Assembly (NCBI GenBank): GCA_003144275.1
Contig: NJBF01000008.1
Coordinates: 1 to 32,000 of the forward strand
Length of the DNA stretch: 32,000 bases
Source of the DNA: Candidatus Heimdallarchaeota archaeon B3_Heim
Lineage (GTDB): Archaea > Asgardarchaeota > Heimdallarchaeia > Hodarchaeales > Hodarchaeaceae
Reading direction: 5' to 3'
Shown: one piece after another, positions 27,981 through 32,000 of the stretch
Position numbering within the stretch: position 1 is the stretch's first letter
How the letters are laid out: every line of letters begins with the position of its first letter
Position numbers and translations under genes: made by a program
Notes under the pieces: generated by a model
The model's input: only the letters and a program-made list of their open reading frames with translations
What the model was told of the DNA's origin: nothing
Databases searched by the model: none

Positions 27981-28544
27981 TTATTCCGCAAAATAACCAT
28001 TCTTGTTATTTATGACGGTGAGAGAACGATTATGTAGAATTTTGATGGCATACTTAAAAATCTTAATTCTTCCTTGCATAATTTTTCAATTACTTGGAAA
28101 AAACAGAATAAATCCTTTACATTTTCAAGCACAAGAGGTGATTTTCTTCTTACTGGTATTATCCCAACAATTAACTTAGTAGGGGATGACCAAGTTGTAA
28201 CCTGCATCCCTTCTTCAATTTTGGAGTAACGCTTAGGAATAGAGGACGTTAATGACTCTATTGGAGTTGGGTAACAGCTTATTACTTGTTATATATTTGA
28301 TAATTTAATTAAAGACGATACCAGATTTGAAGCGAAGTTCATCACAACATTTTATGATTATGAGAGGGGAATTTCGCTACAGGTATCTCTACTCAAATCC
28401 TCTCATTCTGAATCAGATCTTAAACTACATTTTCTATCTCCATTCTGGATGAAAAATGGTTTGATTCTTCAGCGTTTATCTGCTGACATAAAGGTAGTTC
28501 CCTTCGGTCAGTTCACGCTCTGTTTATTCTATCCTGCCGGATAG
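27981..28544 (+). pseudogene. Probable decayed gene (possibly a secreted beta-rich protein)
   Basis: One + frame runs ~187 codons with only three internal stops (TAG, TAA, TAA), far fewer than expected in AT-rich DNA. It contains a 'FITTFYDYERGISLQVSL' segment. No clear start. Confidence 0.4.
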
Positions 28545-28817
28545 GAGATGTGTGACTCATCCCATCGTGATGCCAAAAAGTTAACTTTTTTCGTGTATCC
28601 GATAAATTCAGTCTCCTAGAGAGAGATTCTTACAGTAAAGTTAGCTCTACCAGGGTATCACAAATAAGATCTTTACTTTTTGTTTCCATTTGAATTAATA
28701 ATAAAAAAACCTCTGTAGATTATCAGCAGAAATCCACACCAATTTCACAATTCAAATGATAAATGCGTTTAAATTGACATTAAATTATCAGTAAAAGAGA
28801 GATTTATGGAGATAGAA

Positions 28818-28844
28818 AGAAGGAGATTTTAAATCTCTCCTTCT
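28818..28844. terminator. Inverted repeat/hairpin downstream of comE-like gene
   Basis: AGAAGGAGATTT (28818-28829) pairs with AAATCTCTCCTTCT (28831-28844) with a 2-nt bulge, ~100 nt past the minus-strand stop. Confidence 0.3.
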
Positions 28845-28946
28845 CTCCTTAGAATGGGTTGAATTATGGGTAGATACAACTGTATCTGATTAACAATTGT
28901 TAATAATTTCTTTTAAATAGATTTGGGATTGAATCTCATACTTTCT

Positions 28947-29504
28947 TCAATCGAATCGTTGCAGAAAATTTTCTGCAATCCTTATCGGATGCCACGGAAT
29001 ATTCGCTAATTCTTTTTTACCTTCTTCAATGATAAGATGTAAGATGTTCAATCCCTTGGTTGTGAGAAAGTTTTCTAAATTATCATTTAAAATGCTCTGA
29101 GACGCTTTTAGAGATTGAAAATAATCAATATTCAAAGATTCAAGGAATTTAGAGAAATTAATGACAGAAGATACGGTTTGTTGTCCACCTGTGGTAAAAT
29201 ATTGCGAATTATCCAAAATGAGGATCTTTAGGTTATGAGGTTTATAGTAAGCAGCCGTTATTACAGAACCAAAGCCCATCAATAAGTTCCCATCACCAGT
29301 AATAACAGTTACTCGTTTTTCAGGATTCATAACTGCTAAACCTAGTCCTACACCGATAGGTAACCCCATCGATCCTCTGAGATAGACTTGAGGTTTAGCC
29401 AAATAATGATACACCTCCCTACTAATATTCCCGTTGGAACTAACTATTAAATCGTTCTCACCAATGTGATCCTGCAGAGATGAGATTACTTCATACCCTT
29501 TCAT
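28947..29504 (-). CDS. comE: ThDP-dependent decarboxylase beta subunit (sulfopyruvate/phosphonopyruvate decarboxylase-like)
   Basis: 'YLRGSMGLPIGVGLGLA', ThDP motif 'GDGNLLM...LDNSQYFTTGGQ'; 4-nt overlap with the alpha subunit. Confidence 0.78.
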   Translation of the reverse strand: MKGYEVISSLQDHIGENDLIVSSNGNISREVYHYLAKPQVYLRGSMGLPIGVGLGLAVMNPEKRVTVITGDGNLLMGFGSVITAAYYKPHNLKILILDNSQYFTTGGQQTVSSVINFSKFLESLNIDYFQSLKASQSILNDNLENFLTTKGLNILHLIIEEGKKELANIPWHPIRIAENFLQRFD

Positions 29505-30007
29505 TGACTCAACACTCCCTTCTTCACCATTAAGACTACTGGTGAGGATTGCTCATCCATAACTGTTATCGCTTTTTGTATACTCACTTCCCAATCTTTT
29601 TCATTTAAATCCCAATAAACTAGATTTAATGATCCTAAGAAGGAATTATTTATCTTTCCCATTATTGAATGTTCAGGAAAGTCATTATCCTCCTTTAAAC
29701 CCCTGTAGCTCATTAAAATAAGTATAGGCAGCTTATATAATTGAACTAGCGATGTCAATGCATCCCCTATATTCCCTAAGCCACTATTTTGCATATAGAC
29801 TAAAGGTTGTTTCTTTGAAAGAGCCGCTCCGGTGGCAATAGCTATAGCTTCATCTTCTCGCGTCGCAGAAAGGTGTTTTATTGTTGATTTATCTTCTTGA
29901 CTTGCTATATAGGATAAGAACTCCTTAAAATAGGAACAGGGTACCCCAGACACTAAATCGAAATTATCTTCAATAAAACTCACGAATTCATCAAGATTAA
30001 TCATCAT
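29501..30007 (-). CDS. comD: ThDP-dependent decarboxylase alpha subunit (sulfopyruvate/phosphonopyruvate decarboxylase-like)
   Basis: 'GVPCSYFK', 'TREDEAIAIATGA', 'MQNSGLGN', 'LILMSYRG...PEH'. The start is set to the ATG at 30007; the track extends to 30070. Confidence 0.78.
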   Translation of the reverse strand: MMINLDEFVSFIEDNFDLVSGVPCSYFKEFLSYIASQEDKSTIKHLSATREDEAIAIATGAALSKKQPLVYMQNSGLGNIGDALTSLVQLYKLPILILMSYRGLKEDNDFPEHSIMGKINNSFLGSLNLVYWDLNEKDWEVSIQKAITVMDEQSSPVVLMVKKGVLSQ

Positions 30008-30200
30008 AATTCTCCTATTCTTGCAGAAAAGATTTGACTTTAAGTATGATTTTTTAGTAAAAAAAATCAATTTTGAAATGGAGTAAAAAACCCTCTTTTC
30101 GTGATATTCCTTTCGTTACCAATGATAATTGCATTTAGGTATTGGAAAAGGAAAATTCATTGATTTACTCTAATGAGCTGGTGCTGAAATGTTCGTGCAA

Positions 30201-30629
30201 TTACGAATCTAACCTCATTCTTTTTGAGAAATAGCACACTTCTTCCCATTGTTTGTATCCTGCACCAATAAAACACTGTTTACTCACCAAATTATTAGCA
30301 AAAATTAACGCACTGTAGACCTCAATCCCTTCCTCATCAAATAAATATTCTTCTGCCGCTAGTAAAAGTTCTTTACCGATACCCTGATTCTGGTAATCTG
30401 GATGTACTGTTAATCGATTTATCCACCCCTTTCTATTGTCATGTGAAACCAATACTACTCCTACTAACTTTTCACTTACTAATTTCCCCAATAACACTAC
30501 ATTAGCTGATTCTATTTGATCTTTCATCTGATTTGGATGATCCCGTCCTTCTACCCGCGGTTTTAACCCCACTTTCTCCCATAATTTTAGTACATCAGCA
30601 TATCTTGCTAGAGAAAGTTTCTGAATCAT
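30201..30629 (-). CDS. GNAT family N-acetyltransferase
   Basis: 'GWINRLTVHPDYQNQGIGKELL' acetyl-CoA motif A. Confidence 0.9.
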   Translation of the reverse strand: MIQKLSLARYADVLKLWEKVGLKPRVEGRDHPNQMKDQIESANVVLLGKLVSEKLVGVVLVSHDNRKGWINRLTVHPDYQNQGIGKELLLAAEEYLFDEEGIEVYSALIFANNLVSKQCFIGAGYKQWEEVCYFSKRMRLDS

Positions 30630-30644
30630 TATTTCCTGCTCTCT

Positions 30645-31412
30645 TTATTGTTTTTCTCTTAAAGAGTTCCATACAGCCATAAAAGCAGACGCTTTTTCTA
30701 AATCAATAGGTGAATGCAAATTAGTGGGCTCGTACTTTAATGAACTTCCAATGATCACTCCTGAAATAAGAGGAAAAATAGTACTTACATTATCAACAGT
30801 CACTCCGCTTCCCAATATCGGTTTGTGTTTGGTTCTAGAGACAAAATGGGTTAACGTATCTAATGGGAGTAGCGCACCTGTTTCTCTCCCCGATAATATT
30901 ATTGCGTCTGCTCCACCACGATTTAGCGCATTTTTTGCTGCTTCATCCAAGGTAAATTGTCCAAGAGGTGTAGCATGTTTTACTCCAATATCAGCAAGTA
31001 TCAAAACTTTAGATTGGAGAACCTGTTTTTCTTGAATAACTTGTGAAGCAACACCCTCAATTATTCCTTGATCTGTAACATACGCACCTTCCCATATATT
31101 ACAGCGAATAAAACTCGCGTGATTAATCGTGGCCATTGTTATGGCTTGTAAACACGCATTTCTCAGAATATTCACTCCAACAGCTATTGTAGGAACTGAA
31201 TCTATGATTTTGTTCACTATTTTACTCATTAACAAAAATTTGGCGTCAGAAATTCGTGTCTTGGGAAAGGGAGAATCATGAAAATTTTCTATGAGTAACG
31301 CGTCAAATCCAGCCTGCTTTAAAGTTAGAGCATCGGCTATACTTATTCTGAATGCTTCATCTAAATTAAATTCTGGTGATACATAACTTTCAAATGATGG
31401 GAGATGTATCAT
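30645..31412 (-). CDS. btpA: BtpA/SgcQ family TIM-barrel protein
   Basis: (KPIIG)MIHLP, 'GFDALLIENFHDSPF', 'GVNILRN', 'ADIGVKHA', 'ADAIILSGRETG', 'GSGVT', 'GVIIGSSLK'; start position anomalous (see findings). Confidence 0.88.
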   Translation of the reverse strand: MIHLPSFESYVSPEFNLDEAFRISIADALTLKQAGFDALLIENFHDSPFPKTRISDAKFLLMSKIVNKIIDSVPTIAVGVNILRNACLQAITMATINHASFIRCNIWEGAYVTDQGIIEGVASQVIQEKQVLQSKVLILADIGVKHATPLGQFTLDEAAKNALNRGGADAIILSGRETGALLPLDTLTHFVSRTKHKPILGSGVTVDNVSTIFPLISGVIIGSSLKYEPTNLHSPIDLEKASAFMAVWNSLREKQ

Positions 31413-31574
31413 CCCAATTATTGGCTTCTGAGTTAAGTCTAGAGGATGTTTAGGTGTCGGTACTTACTTCACTTCCAATTAAGTGTTCCGCTTTAACCAT
31501 ATCTAATATTATTTCTTAAATTCCCCCTCATTGGAAAAGTTGTTAAAGGTATCCAAAAACAGAAATGACTTGCT

Positions 31575-31642
31575 ATGATGACGGTTTTACCGGCTGAACT
31601 AAACATTTTACTGTTTAGAGATGATGAGTACTGGCAAACTGA
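31575..31642 (+). ncRNA. Box C/D guide sRNA
   Basis: Box C ATGATGA (31575-81), 12-nt guide, box D' CTGA (31594-97), hairpin CTAAACA/TGTTTAG, box C' ATGATGA (31621-27), 11-nt guide, box D CTGA (31639-42). All four boxes match consensus in an intergenic region. Confidence 0.85.
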
Positions 31643-31660
31643 TCATATAGATGAATTCAA

Positions 31661-32000
31661 ATGACTGCATGTAATTGTGGAGCTTTAGGAGAATATAAAG
31701 ATCCATTCAATCCATATTCTCTCGAATATTGCTCTTCTTGTTTTTCAGCTTACCTAGAAAAAAAAATTCTGCGGGGAGTGCGGCGTAGAGTTAGGGGGCA
31801 TCCGATCGCTGTAGCCGTATCAGGAGGAAAAGACAGCTTAGTATTACTTAATGTTCTATATTCATATCAAAACGAGCTTAAACTATCTTCTTTAATTGCA
31901 CTAATCCTTGAAGAGGAAATACCAGATATTCAGCAGGAAAGACAGAAAATAATCCAATACTTACATAAACACTATTCAGATTTGCCTATTAACATTGTCA
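31661..32000 (+). CDS. TtuA/Ncs6/TtcA-family tRNA thiolation PP-loop ATPase (5' part, truncated by window end)
   Basis: Manual translation, not in the ORF track: MTACNCGA...YCSSCFSAYLEKKI...IAVAVSGGKDSLVLL. It has an N-terminal Zn finger and the PP-loop SGGKDS; the frame is open to the window end. Confidence 0.85.
   Translation, partial: MTACNCGALGEYKDPFNPYSLEYCSSCFSAYLEKKILRGVRRRVRGHPIAVAVSGGKDSLVLLNVLYSYQNELKLSSLIALILEEEIPDIQQERQKIIQYLHKHYSDLPINIV

Noticed and set aside
28010-28207. 65-aa minus-strand ORF
   Set aside because: Antisense shadow of the putative + strand pseudogene.
28008-28544. Stop-codon recoding (Sec/Pyl) in the interrupted frame
   Set aside because: The stops are TAG, TAA and TAA; TAA is not recoded, so decay is the simpler explanation.
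895-31035. Other short track ORFs nested in or antisense to larger genes (e.g. 895-1200, 2183-2530, 5426-5668, 8322-8579, 19190-19522, 20539-20928, 30724-31035)
   Set aside because: Fully or largely overlap well-supported CDSs and show no independent motifs.
1-32000. tRNA, rRNA, CRISPR array, integrase/prophage
   Set aside because: No T-loop GTTCRA cloverleaf, rRNA signature, regularly spaced repeats or recombinase motifs seen by eye.

Overview
This is an AT-rich archaeal chromosome segment with no integrase, phage or CRISPR signal. It is very likely from an Asgard archaeon, possibly Heimdallarchaeia/Hodarchaeales. That assignment is an inference from a Rab-like GTPase, an Arf/Sar1-like GTPase fused to a longin domain, a eukaryote-like AsnRS and archaeal marker genes such as oapABC and a KaiC/RAD55-like ATPase. 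Housekeeping and transport genes include two ABC systems, two MFS transporters, MscS, an EamA transporter, NudC, an acyltransferase-3, LplA, an NDP-sugar pyrophosphorylase with a degenerate phosphohexomutase, a ComDE/Ppd-like decarboxylase, a GNAT, BtpA and a truncated TtuA/Ncs6 gene. The most interesting items are: (1) a 586-aa modular protein with an HTH, a polyproline/PxxPxR tract, UBM-like and WH2-like segments and several Zn ribbons; (2) the Arf/Sar1-longin fusion, which has a Sar1-type His in G3; (3) a complete oapABC (arvABC) vesiculation-GTPase operon; (4) an unannotated, well-formed box C/D sRNA upstream of the tRNA thiolase; (5) an apparently non-coding ~240-nt element ending in an IS200/IS605-like right end. 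All family assignments come from motif recognition by eye; no searches were run.
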